A stretch of 64,000 nucleotides of DNA. It comes from Hydrogenobacter hydrogenophilus. GTDB taxonomy: Bacteria > Aquificota > Aquificia > Aquificales > Aquificaceae. Each line of letters begins with the position of its first letter. Within the stretch, counting starts at the first letter, position 1. The position numbers and the translations under genes are program-made. Shown in pieces: positions 39,709 through 49,155 of this stretch. The notes below the pieces were generated by a model. The model ran no database searches and was not told the DNA's origin. It was given only the letters and a program-made list of their open reading frames with translations. The stretch spans positions 4,243-68,242 of the forward strand of contig NZ_OBEN01000007.1 of NCBI RefSeq assembly GCF_900215655.1, read 5' to 3'.

Positions 39709-40604
39709 GAAACTACTTCTAAAAGCTTAACCTCTCCTGCACCGCAGGGGAGGGTTTTACCTATTTGCGCCTTTGCCCTTAGAATGTATCCCAGTGCTTT
39801 ATCTCCCTTAGAATTGACAGAAGTGATCAAGCCTATATCCTTGTTATCTTCTCTAATTTTGTCACCTTCCTTAACATTCTTTACCTCAAACTTTGCCAGA
39901 GTTCTTGGGGTTCTACCTCTGTAATACACCCTCGCTATAGCTTCCTGTCCCACATAACAGCCTTTTGTAAGGCTTATAGCATAAGAAAGCAGTCCTGCTT
40001 CTAAAGGAGAAAAGCCCTCCCTTAGCTCCTTCCTTATGCGAGGGATTAGCTTTTCTATTCTTATATCTTCAAACTCTTGTGGGGTTATCCTACCTACGCG
40101 GTTGAGTATTTCTTCTAACTTTTCTCTACTCCCGAGTATGTCATATCCTTCTTCTCTCAAGCGCATGTTGTTTTTGGCTACTATCAGTCCATTTAACTCT
40201 CTGACCTGTCCATCCTCAAAAGACATCCCAAAAAATTCTTCTACAAACTTTCCTGCACCTTCACCAAAGATAAAAGCGTGGCTAAGTCTTTCTGTTAAGT
40301 CTTCAAAGTAAACCCTCATGGAAAGCTTGAGCTTATTAAACTCTTCTAATATGTTTTTTACATCTCCTTCTGTGTCCAGTATGTAGTGGTCGCTTAACTT
40401 GTAAACGAAAAAGTCCTCTATAGGCGTCCCGTTCTGTCTTAGCCACAGGTTGTAAGAAAGGCTACTCTCCTTCATACCCTTTATGTCGTTGCTCAAAAGG
40501 TTGTGCAAAAAGGCAGTATGTTCTTCTTGAATACCTTTAGGTAAAATCTTACCTTGCTTTCCATAAACCTTTATTTTACGTCTCTCAAGCAGAATGCCTT
40601 TCAT
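39705..40604 (-). CDS. Folate-binding GcvT/YgfZ-family protein
   Basis: 299 aa. Aminomethyltransferase-fold motifs (KGCYVGQE). Confidence 0.55.
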   Translation of the reverse strand: MKGILLERRKIKVYGKQGKILPKGIQEEHTAFLHNLLSNDIKGMKESSLSYNLWLRQNGTPIEDFFVYKLSDHYILDTEGDVKNILEEFNKLKLSMRVYFEDLTERLSHAFIFGEGAGKFVEEFFGMSFEDGQVRELNGLIVAKNNMRLREEGYDILGSREKLEEILNRVGRITPQEFEDIRIEKLIPRIRKELREGFSPLEAGLLSYAISLTKGCYVGQEAIARVYYRGRTPRTLAKFEVKNVKEGDKIREDNKDIGLITSVNSKGDKALGYILRAKAQIGKTLPCGAGEVKLLEVVS

Positions 40605-40715
40605 GGTTTTATAATCCTAAAGCTTTTTTGATTTTATGTGCTGACTTTTGTCATATTGACTCCTAAGGTTTAAAATATTAAAATTGAAATCAAATATCAA
40701 TAAAAGGAGGTAAGG

Positions 40716-41048
40716 ATGAAACTCGTAGTTCTTGGAGGTCATGATAGGCTAAGGTCAAGAGCGACAAAGTTAGCAAAAAAGTACAACCTGACTGTGAAGT
40801 TCATAAATCAGGAAACACAACAGAACATAGACAGTGCTCTGGCGTGCGCAGACTTTGTAATAATCTTCACTTCCCTTAGTGGACACAACATGGTCAAACT
40901 CGCCAAAAGGTATGCAAAAGACAGGTGCATTTTTTGCAACTCTCACGGAGTTTGTACCTTAGAAAAAAAGATAAAAGAACTGATAAAATTGTATGAATGC
41001 ACAAACCTTGGGAAGGAAGGTTCAGAGAAAAAACCGAAGAATTTGTAG
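40716..41048 (+). CDS. Small hypothetical protein (DUF2325-like)
   Basis: 110 aa with AAGGAGGT SD. Its 3' end overlaps the argH start. Confidence 0.4.
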   Translation: MKLVVLGGHDRLRSRATKLAKKYNLTVKFINQETQQNIDSALACADFVIIFTSLSGHNMVKLAKRYAKDRCIFCNSHGVCTLEKKIKELIKLYECTNLGKEGSEKKPKNL

Positions 41049-42373
41049 AGGAATTTACCCAATCAGTAAGTTTTGACAGAAGACTTGCGGAAGAAGACAT
41101 ACGGCAAAATCTTGCTCATATAAAGACTCTTTTAAAAGCAGGTATACTTACAAAGCAGGAAGCACATCTTCTTGAAAAGCACCTTCTGGACATATTAAAA
41201 GAGGTGCAAGAGGGGAGCTTTCCCTTCAGAAAAGAGTTAGAGGATGTGCATATGAATATAGAAGCAGAGCTTATAAAGAGAGCAGGTGAAATTGGCGGAA
41301 AACTCCACACGGGTAGGTCAAGGAATGACCAGATAGCTACAGACGAAAGACTTTATATAAAGAGGGAAATAAAGGAATGTGTGATCCTGCTTAAAAACCT
41401 CAGAAAAGAACTTGTAAGGCTTGCGGAAAACTCCATAGATATAATAGTACCTGCCTATACACATCTGCAGAGAGCTCAACCTATAAGGCTTTCTCACTAC
41501 TTTTTGGCGTACAGAGAGATGTTTTTAAGCGATGAACTAAGACTAATAAACGCTTACAGGCTTGCTGATGCATCACCTTTGGGTTCTGGTGCCGTTGCGG
41601 GAGTTGACTTTCCCTTTGATAGGTTCTTTACCGCTCAGGAGCTTGGCTTTAGGTCATTGGTGAGAAACTCCATGTATGCCACATCAGACAGAGATTACTT
41701 ACTGGATACTCTCTATGCGTGTGCAGTAATAGGCATGCACCTCTCCAGACTTTCGGAAGACCTTATCTTGTGGTCTACGCAAGAGTTTAGCTTTGTGGAA
41801 CTTCCTGATAGGCTCTGCACTGGTAGTTCCATAATGCCTCAGAAAAAAAACCCAGATGTGTTGGAGCTCATAAGAGGCAAGACGGGAAGACTTTACGGAA
41901 ACCTCATGTCTCTTCTGACCACTCTAAAGGGACTCCCTACCGCCTATAACAGAGACCTGCAGGAGGATAAAGAGCCCCTATTTGATAGTATTGACACTAC
42001 AAAAAAGTGTATAGAAGCTATGAACCTTATCCTTGAAGGCTTAAGCGTAAAAGCGGATAGAACAACACCTCCCTTTGGAGATCCCATGACCGCCACAGAT
42101 ATTGCCAACTACCTTGTGATGAAGGGAATACCCTTTAGGGAAGCTCACCGTATTGTGGGGAATCTAATAGCTTATGCAATATCTCAGGGGAAAAACCTCG
42201 GTGATCTGAGCCTGAGGGAGTTTAAGGAGTTTTCAGAACTTTTTGAAGAAGATGTCTTTGAGCTTCTTGACCCTCGTGTGGTTGTAGATAGAAGAAAAAC
42301 ATACGGAGGCACATCAAAACAAGAAGTTATAAGACAGATACAGATAGCCAAAAGAGAAGAAGGTGTTAGGTAA
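40997..42373 (+). CDS. argH: Argininosuccinate lyase
   Basis: 458 aa. PWEGRF N-terminus, fumarate-lyase signature GSSIMPQKKNPD. Confidence 0.9.
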   Translation: MHKPWEGRFREKTEEFVEEFTQSVSFDRRLAEEDIRQNLAHIKTLLKAGILTKQEAHLLEKHLLDILKEVQEGSFPFRKELEDVHMNIEAELIKRAGEIGGKLHTGRSRNDQIATDERLYIKREIKECVILLKNLRKELVRLAENSIDIIVPAYTHLQRAQPIRLSHYFLAYREMFLSDELRLINAYRLADASPLGSGAVAGVDFPFDRFFTAQELGFRSLVRNSMYATSDRDYLLDTLYACAVIGMHLSRLSEDLILWSTQEFSFVELPDRLCTGSSIMPQKKNPDVLELIRGKTGRLYGNLMSLLTTLKGLPTAYNRDLQEDKEPLFDSIDTTKKCIEAMNLILEGLSVKADRTTPPFGDPMTATDIANYLVMKGIPFREAHRIVGNLIAYAISQGKNLGDLSLREFKEFSELFEEDVFELLDPRVVVDRRKTYGGTSKQEVIRQIQIAKREEGVR

Positions 42374-43421
42374 AACTTTTCAAAGAATCTTCTAATGCTT
42401 CAAGAAAAGCATCGTTTTCTTGTGGAAGCCCAACGCTTACCCTTAAACACCTTTCTAATCTGGGAAGATAAGAGACATTTCTGACAAGAACGCCCCTAAC
42501 TAAAAGCTCCTTATAAAGCCTCTCTGCAGGGAAGTTAGACCTAAAGAGTATGAAGTTGGCATCTGATGGAAAAACCTCTATGCCTTCCATCTGAGAGAGC
42601 TCTCCGAAAAGCCTATCTCTTTCTTTGATAACCGTGTTTATGCTCTCTTCTATAAGTGGGTAGAACTCAGTGAGCATAAGGCGAGCTATCACTTGGGAAG
42701 GATAGGTAATGTTAAAAGGCAGTCTCATCTTGTTTATTTCGTAAGCAATCTCTTCTTTTGCTATAAGAATGCCCACTCTTAACCCAGCCATACCTATTTT
42801 GGAAAGTGTTCTTAGGACCACAGTATCCTCTCTCTTTATAGCGTCTTCTAAAAAGGTTTTCTTTGAGAAGTGAAAGTAAGCCTCATCAATCACCGTGAAA
42901 AGTCCCTCTTGTCTTATACTCTCTATCTTGCTTTGGGTAAAGCACATACCCGTTGGGTTATTAGGATAGGATATAAAAGCAAGTACAGGGGAGTGTGTCT
43001 TGATAGCATTAAGAGATAAGGGCAGATCTATGTCCATGTTTTCATCTAAGGGTACTTCTACCCTCTCTCTTCCAAAAACTTTTGCGGATATCTCGTACAT
43101 GGGAAAAGTAGGAACAGGATAAAACACTCCCCTGTTTGGCTCACCTACTGCTACACTAAGGTAGTAAATGAGTTCATCAGAGCCGTTTCCCAAAACTATG
43201 TTTTCTTCTTTCACCTTTAGGTGCTCGGATAAGACTTCTTTGAGCTCGCTGGCGTTTGGATCTGGATACTTGTTTATGGGAATTTTTGATACCTCTTGGG
43301 CTATTCTGATGCGCACATCTTCAGGTAGATGTAGGGGTAGCTCGTTAGAAGATAACCTGATCTTTGCTTGTGCAGTTTCCGTTTTATAAGGAGATAGTTT
43401 CTTTATTCTATCGCTTATCAC
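42366..43421 (-). CDS. hisC: Histidinol-phosphate aminotransferase
   Basis: 351 aa class-II aminotransferase with a PLP Lys region (TLSKIGMAGLRVG). Confidence 0.8.
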   Translation of the reverse strand: MISDRIKKLSPYKTETAQAKIRLSSNELPLHLPEDVRIRIAQEVSKIPINKYPDPNASELKEVLSEHLKVKEENIVLGNGSDELIYYLSVAVGEPNRGVFYPVPTFPMYEISAKVFGRERVEVPLDENMDIDLPLSLNAIKTHSPVLAFISYPNNPTGMCFTQSKIESIRQEGLFTVIDEAYFHFSKKTFLEDAIKREDTVVLRTLSKIGMAGLRVGILIAKEEIAYEINKMRLPFNITYPSQVIARLMLTEFYPLIEESINTVIKERDRLFGELSQMEGIEVFPSDANFILFRSNFPAERLYKELLVRGVLVRNVSYLPRLERCLRVSVGLPQENDAFLEALEDSLKSFT

Positions 43422-43660
43422 GACTGAGTTTGTTCCTCTTCTTTCTCCTCCTCTTCCTCCATTCTTCCTAAGTATAGCTCAAGCTCAGCAACTGTAGACT
43501 CCATAAGTTTGTCTTCAAGTATACCCTTTATTAACCTATTTAGCTTCCTCTCATCACCCATAGCTATACCGTTAAGTACATAATAAAGCCTTTTAGGAAG
43601 TGAAAGCACTATTCTTTTGTATCTAGGTCCTCCTTTCTTTCTACCTTTTCTTGCCATCAT
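43418..43660 (-). CDS. Small basic protein, possible ribbon-helix-helix DNA-binding
   Basis: 80 aa. Basic N-terminus and an acidic E-rich tail. In an operon with hisC. Confidence 0.3.
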   Translation of the reverse strand: MMARKGRKKGGPRYKRIVLSLPKRLYYVLNGIAMGDERKLNRLIKGILEDKLMESTVAELELYLGRMEEEEEKEEEQTQS

Positions 43661-43696
43661 ACTCCTCCTTTACTGAATTTATAATTCTATTTTAGC

Positions 43697-44455
43697 ATGT
43701 TCTTAAAGGTTTTAGCGCTTCTATTAACAGTTTTTTTCATAGCGGATAACAGAGATTTTGAAAAGCTTATAGAAGAAGCAGATATTATTTACATACCTGA
43801 AGAGCATACTTCTGAAAGCGATCATCACTTTCAACTGAAGGTTATTAAACACATGTATACCAAAGGATACAAACTTGTCATAGGAATGGAAATGTTTCAA
43901 CAGAGCTTTCAGAAATATTTAGATGATTATGTAGATGGAAAGATATCTGAGGAAGAGATGCTTGAAAAAAGTCAGTATAGAAAAAGATGGGGATATGAAC
44001 CCTCCCTTTACTCTTCCATATGGAGGTTTGCCAGAGAGAAGGGTATAAGGCTTTATGCCCTGAATGTACCCTCGGAGCTTCTTGAAGAGGTAAGACTCTA
44101 CGGTGTCCAAAAAGTGGAAAATCCCATCATACCCAAACCCCTTATACAGCAGAAAGAAGAAGAAAAGGAGGATCTTCTCAAAGTGTTAGAGTCCCATCCT
44201 AAGGTGGACGAAAAGTCTTTCCTTGAAGTTCAAAACCTGTGGGACAATGTTATGGCTTACGCTATAGTCAGGATCATAAAAGAAAATCCCAACACAAAGG
44301 TGGTAGTACTTGCAGGCAGGGGACACATAGGAAGAATGGATATGGGCATACCTTACAGGGTAAAAAAATTAGACCCTTCTTTGAAACAGGTCATACTCGC
44401 ACCTAAGAGTTGTTTTCCACTATCACAGGGTAGTGGGACTTCTCAAGGGATGTAA
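43697..44455 (+). CDS. ChaN/Tiki/TraB-superfamily-like secreted protein (tentative)
   Basis: Signal peptide. IYIPEEHTSESDHH and IGMEMFQ motifs resemble the ChaN family. Low certainty without an HMM search. Confidence 0.35.
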   Translation: MFLKVLALLLTVFFIADNRDFEKLIEEADIIYIPEEHTSESDHHFQLKVIKHMYTKGYKLVIGMEMFQQSFQKYLDDYVDGKISEEEMLEKSQYRKRWGYEPSLYSSIWRFAREKGIRLYALNVPSELLEEVRLYGVQKVENPIIPKPLIQQKEEEKEDLLKVLESHPKVDEKSFLEVQNLWDNVMAYAIVRIIKENPNTKVVVLAGRGHIGRMDMGIPYRVKKLDPSLKQVILAPKSCFPLSQGSGTSQGM

Positions 44456-45668
44456 GATGCTCAGGTAAACTCTTGAGTTCTTCCATCAGGGTTTCTCTTA
44501 TCTGGCGTAAGGTAGGAAGGTTCTTTTTTAGTGTACCTTTTTCTACTATTAGTTCCACAAGCCCTCCTTCTGTGTATTTTACTACGCGATCATACTCCAT
44601 CTTTCCACCTGCATAGTGTCTTATAATCTGCCTCTTGTAAGGGAAGGTGGCTTTTCCGGGACTCAGTTTGTATTTAGGCTTTCCTTCGTACTCAACGAGC
44701 TTGTAGGCTATGTCAAGGTAGGGTGCATCGTAAGAAGTTATGAACTTAGTGCCTACGCCAAAGGCATCTATGGGACATCCTGCAGTGAGCCATCTTTGTA
44801 TGTCCCACTCGTCAACACCTCCACTTACCACTATCTTTACATCTTTAAAGCCTTCTTTGTCAAATACTTCTCTGACTTTTTTTGAAAGCTCCTGTATATC
44901 TCCACTATCTAATCTGACTCCCACCACTTTTACACCTTCCTTCATGAGCTTGAGTGCTTTTTTTGCACCCTCAAGAGTGTCGTATGTGTCTATAAGCAGT
45001 ATGGTTCTTTCTGGAAAAGACCTTGCAAAAGCTCTAAAGGCGGATAGCTCTTCTTCAAACACCATCACGAAAGAATGAGCCATAGTACCAAAAACAGGTA
45101 TGCCAAACTTCATACCTGCAAGAAGATTAGAAGTCCCTTCAAAACCTGCTATGTAGCTCGCTCTTGCTGCGTAAAGTCCAGCTTCTGGCATGTGAGCTCT
45201 TCTGAGTCCAAAATCAATAAGAGTTCTACCCTTTGAAACCAGATAACTTCTTACTGCTTTGGAAGCTATCAATGTTTGGAAGTGTATGACATTTATAACT
45301 AAAGTCTCAAGTATCTGGACATCTGGCAGAGGACCTTCCACCTGCACAAGGGGTTCGTTTTGAAAAACTATCCTTCCCTCTGGCACCGCGTAAATATTTC
45401 CGGTGAATTCATACTCTCTTAGGTAATCAAGGAAACTATCCTTGAATATGTTAAGACTTTCTAGGTATTTAAGTTCTTTGTCGCCAAATTTAAACCTTTG
45501 GATGTACTCAAGTAATGTTTCAAGTCCGCAAGAAACCAAAAAGTTTCTGTTGGGAGGGAGGTCTCTCACAAAAAGGCTAAAAACCGCGTTACCAACCTTA
45601 TCGTTTTCCAAATAACTCTGAGCCATAGTAAGCTCGTAAAGGTCTGTGATAAGAGCTGTGAAGAACAT
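44403..45668 (-). CDS. pncB: Nicotinate phosphoribosyltransferase
   Basis: 421 aa. FGTMAHSFV, VRLDSGD, GVGT motifs. Confidence 0.8.
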   Translation of the reverse strand: MFFTALITDLYELTMAQSYLENDKVGNAVFSLFVRDLPPNRNFLVSCGLETLLEYIQRFKFGDKELKYLESLNIFKDSFLDYLREYEFTGNIYAVPEGRIVFQNEPLVQVEGPLPDVQILETLVINVIHFQTLIASKAVRSYLVSKGRTLIDFGLRRAHMPEAGLYAARASYIAGFEGTSNLLAGMKFGIPVFGTMAHSFVMVFEEELSAFRAFARSFPERTILLIDTYDTLEGAKKALKLMKEGVKVVGVRLDSGDIQELSKKVREVFDKEGFKDVKIVVSGGVDEWDIQRWLTAGCPIDAFGVGTKFITSYDAPYLDIAYKLVEYEGKPKYKLSPGKATFPYKRQIIRHYAGGKMEYDRVVKYTEGGLVELIVEKGTLKKNLPTLRQIRETLMEELKSLPEHLTSLEKSHYPVIVENNS

Positions 45669-45921
45669 ATTATTCTATTATATTATGAAGGACTACAGAG
45701 GACCTTTCAGCAAAATGGGAGAAGGACTTGTTGAGAAGTACATAGAAGACCTAAAAAAGGAATTAGAACAAAAGCCTGATGACCCACAACTCAATTTTAA
45801 GTTGGGTGTGGCTTATGTAAGGCTTAAAAGGATAGATGAAGCACGCAATGTATATAAAAAACTCAAAAGTCTTGACCCTCAGCTTGCAAAGGAGCTTCTG
45901 GATATCATCTACGAAGTTTGA
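45646..45921 (+). CDS. Small TPR-like hypothetical protein
   Basis: ORF plus a single TPR-like helix pair. Start uncertain. Confidence 0.3.
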   Translation: MIRAVKNILFYYIMKDYRGPFSKMGEGLVEKYIEDLKKELEQKPDDPQLNFKLGVAYVRLKRIDEARNVYKKLKSLDPQLAKELLDIIYEV

Positions 45922-45937
45922 ATTATAATTAAAAGAT

Positions 45938-46453
45938 ATGAGAAGGATATCTTATCTTTTGGCTCTTTTGCTTCTTGGTGGTTTAATGTTCTTTGCTTTT
46001 ATGCACAAAAAAGAAGATGAGGAAACCTACAGTGTCAAACCTTCTGTACCTCAAAGTCTTCCGGACTTTACCTTCACCGGTCTGGATGGGAAGGTATACC
46101 GTCTTTCGGACTTTAGGGGAAAGGTAGTGCTTCTAAACTTCTGGGCAAGCTGGTGTCCACCCTGTAGGGAAGAGATGCCTATCTTTCAAAAGGTTTATGA
46201 GGATTGCAAAAAGTACGGATTTGTTATCTTAGCGGTAAGCATGGATACTAACAGCACCGCAAGGGACGATTATTTAAAGAAGCTAAAACCCTCCTTTTTG
46301 ATCCTTGAAGGAAATGATAATGTGAAGCTCATAGGTCTTCCCACTTCTTATTTGATAGACAAGGATGGAAAGCTCTACAAGATAAAACTTGGAGTCTATA
46401 GAGAAGTCAAGGAAGATGTAGAAAAACTACTCGGTCCTGATAAGAGGTGCTAA
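45938..46453 (+). CDS. TlpA/ResA-like periplasmic thiol:disulfide oxidoreductase
   Basis: Signal-anchor and WASWCPPC active site. Confidence 0.85.
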   Translation: MRRISYLLALLLLGGLMFFAFMHKKEDEETYSVKPSVPQSLPDFTFTGLDGKVYRLSDFRGKVVLLNFWASWCPPCREEMPIFQKVYEDCKKYGFVILAVSMDTNSTARDDYLKKLKPSFLILEGNDNVKLIGLPTSYLIDKDGKLYKIKLGVYREVKEDVEKLLGPDKRC

Positions 46454-47295
46454 CCATGTTTGAGGTATCTTTCTTTCTGGCCTTTACAGCAGGTGTTCTT
46501 GCCTTCCTTTCGCCTTGCGTGCTTCCTATAATACCTGGATACCTCTCTTACATATCCGGTATGGGTGCACAGGAAGTAAAAGAACAAAAGGAAGGCTTTA
46601 ACTGGCACATACTCTTTGCATCCGTACTCTTTGTGTTAGGATTTTCCTTGGTTTTTACCTTGCTTGGAGCAGGAGCAAGCGCTATAGGTCAGGTGCTGAG
46701 AGACTACCAAGCGCTCATAGCAAAGTTGGGTGGTGCGGTGGTAGTATTCTTTGGTCTTCACTTTGCTGGAGTTTTTCTAAGAGAAAACTTCTTAAAAGAA
46801 GCTTTAGGATTAGGGTCTTTGATAACTGGTCTTTACTTTTTGGGTTTTATCTCTCAGAAGTTATTTTTTGATCTTATAGGTATTCTGCTTGTGTGTATGT
46901 TTCTATACCTCTTTGGACTCCACGAACTTTTATACAGGCAGACGAGGAAAGATACCAAAAGTAGGCTTCCCCTAATTGGTGCCTTTCTTGTAGGTGTGTT
47001 TTTCGCCTTTGGCTGGAGTCCGTGCATAGGTCCCGTACTTGGTTCTATACTTCTGTATGCATCTCAGCAAGAGACGGTAGCTAAAGGTGCCATGCTTCTC
47101 TTTGTATTTTCCATGGGCCTTGGTTTACCTTTTATACTGGCAGGGGCTCTTTTTTCTGCCTTTCTGCGTTTTGTGAAAAAGTTCAGTAGGTTCTTTGGAA
47201 TAGTAGAGCTCATTGGAGGCGTTTTACTTGTAATTCTCGGTGTCCTTCTGACAACAGGAAAACTCAGCGAAATATCAGCACTTCTGGGAGTCTAA
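46447..47295 (+). CDS. ccdA: Cytochrome c-type biogenesis protein CcdA (DsbD beta-domain family)
   Basis: Two conserved Cys in TM helices (LSPCVLPIIPGY ... WSPCIGPVLGSIL). Confidence 0.8.
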   Translation: MLTMFEVSFFLAFTAGVLAFLSPCVLPIIPGYLSYISGMGAQEVKEQKEGFNWHILFASVLFVLGFSLVFTLLGAGASAIGQVLRDYQALIAKLGGAVVVFFGLHFAGVFLRENFLKEALGLGSLITGLYFLGFISQKLFFDLIGILLVCMFLYLFGLHELLYRQTRKDTKSRLPLIGAFLVGVFFAFGWSPCIGPVLGSILLYASQQETVAKGAMLLFVFSMGLGLPFILAGALFSAFLRFVKKFSRFFGIVELIGGVLLVILGVLLTTGKLSEISALLGV

Positions 47296-47298
47296 ACC

Positions 47299-47910
47299 TT
47301 GATAACTGCTCTCATAGACTACGGTATGGGTAATCTCAGAAGTGTTAGCAAAGCATTAGAAAAAGTAGGAATTAAACCTCTGATTACTTCGGACCCTCAT
47401 ATAGTGTCAAAGGCTGAAGCGGTAGTATTACCCGGGGTTGGAGCTTTCAAAGATGCGGTTCAAAACCTAAAGAAAGCTGGACTTTTTTCCGCCGTGATCA
47501 GACATATAGAAAAAGGTAAACCTTACTTAGGTATCTGCCTTGGTTTGCAACTGCTTTTTGAGAGAAGTTATGAATTTGGGACAGAGGAAGGCTTTGGCCT
47601 CTTAGAAGGTGATGTGGTCTTGTTGCCTACTACTGTCAAAGTACCCCACATAGGTTGGAACCAAGTGTGGAAGAAAAAAGACAGCCGTCTTTTCGAAAAC
47701 ATAAAGGATGGAGATTACTTTTATTTCGTACATTCTTACCATGTAGTACCTAAGAAAGGCGAGGTAATAGCTACACTGACTGACTATGGAATAAACTTCG
47801 TTTCTGCTGTAGAGTATGGAAATGTATTTGGAGTTCAGTTTCATCCAGAGAAAAGTCAGAAGTTGGGACTCAAAGTTCTTGAAAACTTCAAAAAGGTAGT
47901 CTATGGCTAA
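47299..47910 (+). CDS. hisH: Imidazole glycerol phosphate synthase glutaminase subunit
   Basis: GICLGLQLL catalytic Cys, HSY, FHPE motifs. Confidence 0.9.
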   Translation: MITALIDYGMGNLRSVSKALEKVGIKPLITSDPHIVSKAEAVVLPGVGAFKDAVQNLKKAGLFSAVIRHIEKGKPYLGICLGLQLLFERSYEFGTEEGFGLLEGDVVLLPTTVKVPHIGWNQVWKKKDSRLFENIKDGDYFYFVHSYHVVPKKGEVIATLTDYGINFVSAVEYGNVFGVQFHPEKSQKLGLKVLENFKKVVYG

Positions 47911-48571
47911 GCTGTGTATAGCTTTGGATACGGATTACGCTAAGGCAAAGGAAATCCTTAAAGCCCTGATAGGCTACCCTGTTATCTTTAAGGTGGGTTA
48001 TAAGCTCTTCATAAGCCATCACAAAGCCATAACTTCCACAGTAAAAGAGATGAATTTTGAGCTTTTTTTGGACCTTAAGCTTCATGATATACCCAATACA
48101 GTTAAAAACGCTGTAGTATCCTCCTTAGACTTATCTGCAGACTATCTTACTATTCACGCTCTGTGTGGAAGAGATGCCCTAAGAATGGCAAACCAAGTTA
48201 AGGGAAATATGAAACTTCTCTCGGTGACCCTCCTGACAAGTCTAGATGAAAACTTTCTCACAGATTTAGGAATTGACATTCCTGTTGCGGAGTTTGTTTA
48301 CAGACTTGCCAAGTTGAGCGTAGAAGAAGGACTCGACGGTGTTGTGTGTTCAGGAAAAGAAGTAAGCTTTTTAAAAAGCAGTATAAAAAAAGAGTTTTTG
48401 GCAGTTGTGCCTGGTGTTAGCTTAGACAGAGGGAAAGCAGACCAAAAGAGGTCTGTTAGTTTAGAAGAAGCCTTGGAAAAAGGAGCGGACATAATAGTAG
48501 TAGGGAGAGACATAGTCCAAGACCAAAACCCCATAAAAAAAGTAGATTACATACTCAAAAAGATGGCTTAA
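47903..48571 (+). CDS. pyrF: Orotidine 5'-phosphate decarboxylase
   Basis: DLKLHDIPNT active-site motif. 222 aa. Confidence 0.8.
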   Translation: MAKLCIALDTDYAKAKEILKALIGYPVIFKVGYKLFISHHKAITSTVKEMNFELFLDLKLHDIPNTVKNAVVSSLDLSADYLTIHALCGRDALRMANQVKGNMKLLSVTLLTSLDENFLTDLGIDIPVAEFVYRLAKLSVEEGLDGVVCSGKEVSFLKSSIKKEFLAVVPGVSLDRGKADQKRSVSLEEALEKGADIIVVGRDIVQDQNPIKKVDYILKKMA

Positions 48572-48581
48572 ATTATGATCC

Positions 48582-49121
48582 GTGGAAGTACCAATACTTG
48601 ATGGTGTGCTTTTTATACTTTCAAGGTTGTTGGAATTTGTAAACATTGGAGTGATCTTCCTTTTTGCGGTGAAAGGTGTTCCTACAAGGTATATATACGC
48701 AGTGCTTCTGTTAACCGTTTTGAGCCTTTTGTCTTTTGTAGTGTCTTTGTTCCTCAAAGGTGATCACGCCTTAAAAGTGTCTTTTTTAATAACGCTCGCA
48801 TCTTTTGTCAGTATGGTATTGATAACACTACACGCTTTAAGAAAAGCAAGTGCCGACATAATTCTGCCAGAAGGTGTAAGGTGTCCCGTCTGTAGTGCTT
48901 TTGTAAAACCGCAGAGAGCCTTTGCCCTTCAAGTGGGAAGCACTTACCTTTTTTTTGATGAGGAAGAGCACTTAAAGAAGTTCTTGAGTGCGCCACAGGA
49001 CTATGCCAAGATAAGAAGGTTGAACATAAAAGAGACACAGATAGGTAAGGCTTATGTATTCAAAGATGGTACCTGGCAACTGTGGGCTGGGCGGGATTCG
49101 AACCCGCGACCCACGGATTAA
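48582..49121 (+). CDS. Membrane protein with C-terminal CxxC region, hypothetical. Its stop lies inside the antisense tRNA-Lys.
   Basis: Four TM helices followed by a soluble tail (RCPVCSAF). Last 13 codons overlap the tRNA on the opposite strand. Confidence 0.35.
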   Translation: MEVPILDGVLFILSRLLEFVNIGVIFLFAVKGVPTRYIYAVLLLTVLSLLSFVVSLFLKGDHALKVSFLITLASFVSMVLITLHALRKASADIILPEGVRCPVCSAFVKPQRAFALQVGSTYLFFDEEEHLKKFLSAPQDYAKIRRLNIKETQIGKAYVFKDGTWQLWAGRDSNPRPTD

Positions 49122-49155
49122 GAGTCCGTTGCTCTGCCAGCTGAGCTACCAGCCC
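49083..49155 (-). tRNA. tRNA-Lys (anticodon CUU)
   Basis: The reverse complement folds as a cloverleaf: acceptor GGGCUGG/CCAGCCC, D-arm AGCUCAGCUGGCAGAGC, anticodon stem ACGGA/UCCGU with loop CUCUUAA, T-arm GCGGGUUCGAAUCCCGC. CCA not encoded. Confidence 0.85.
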
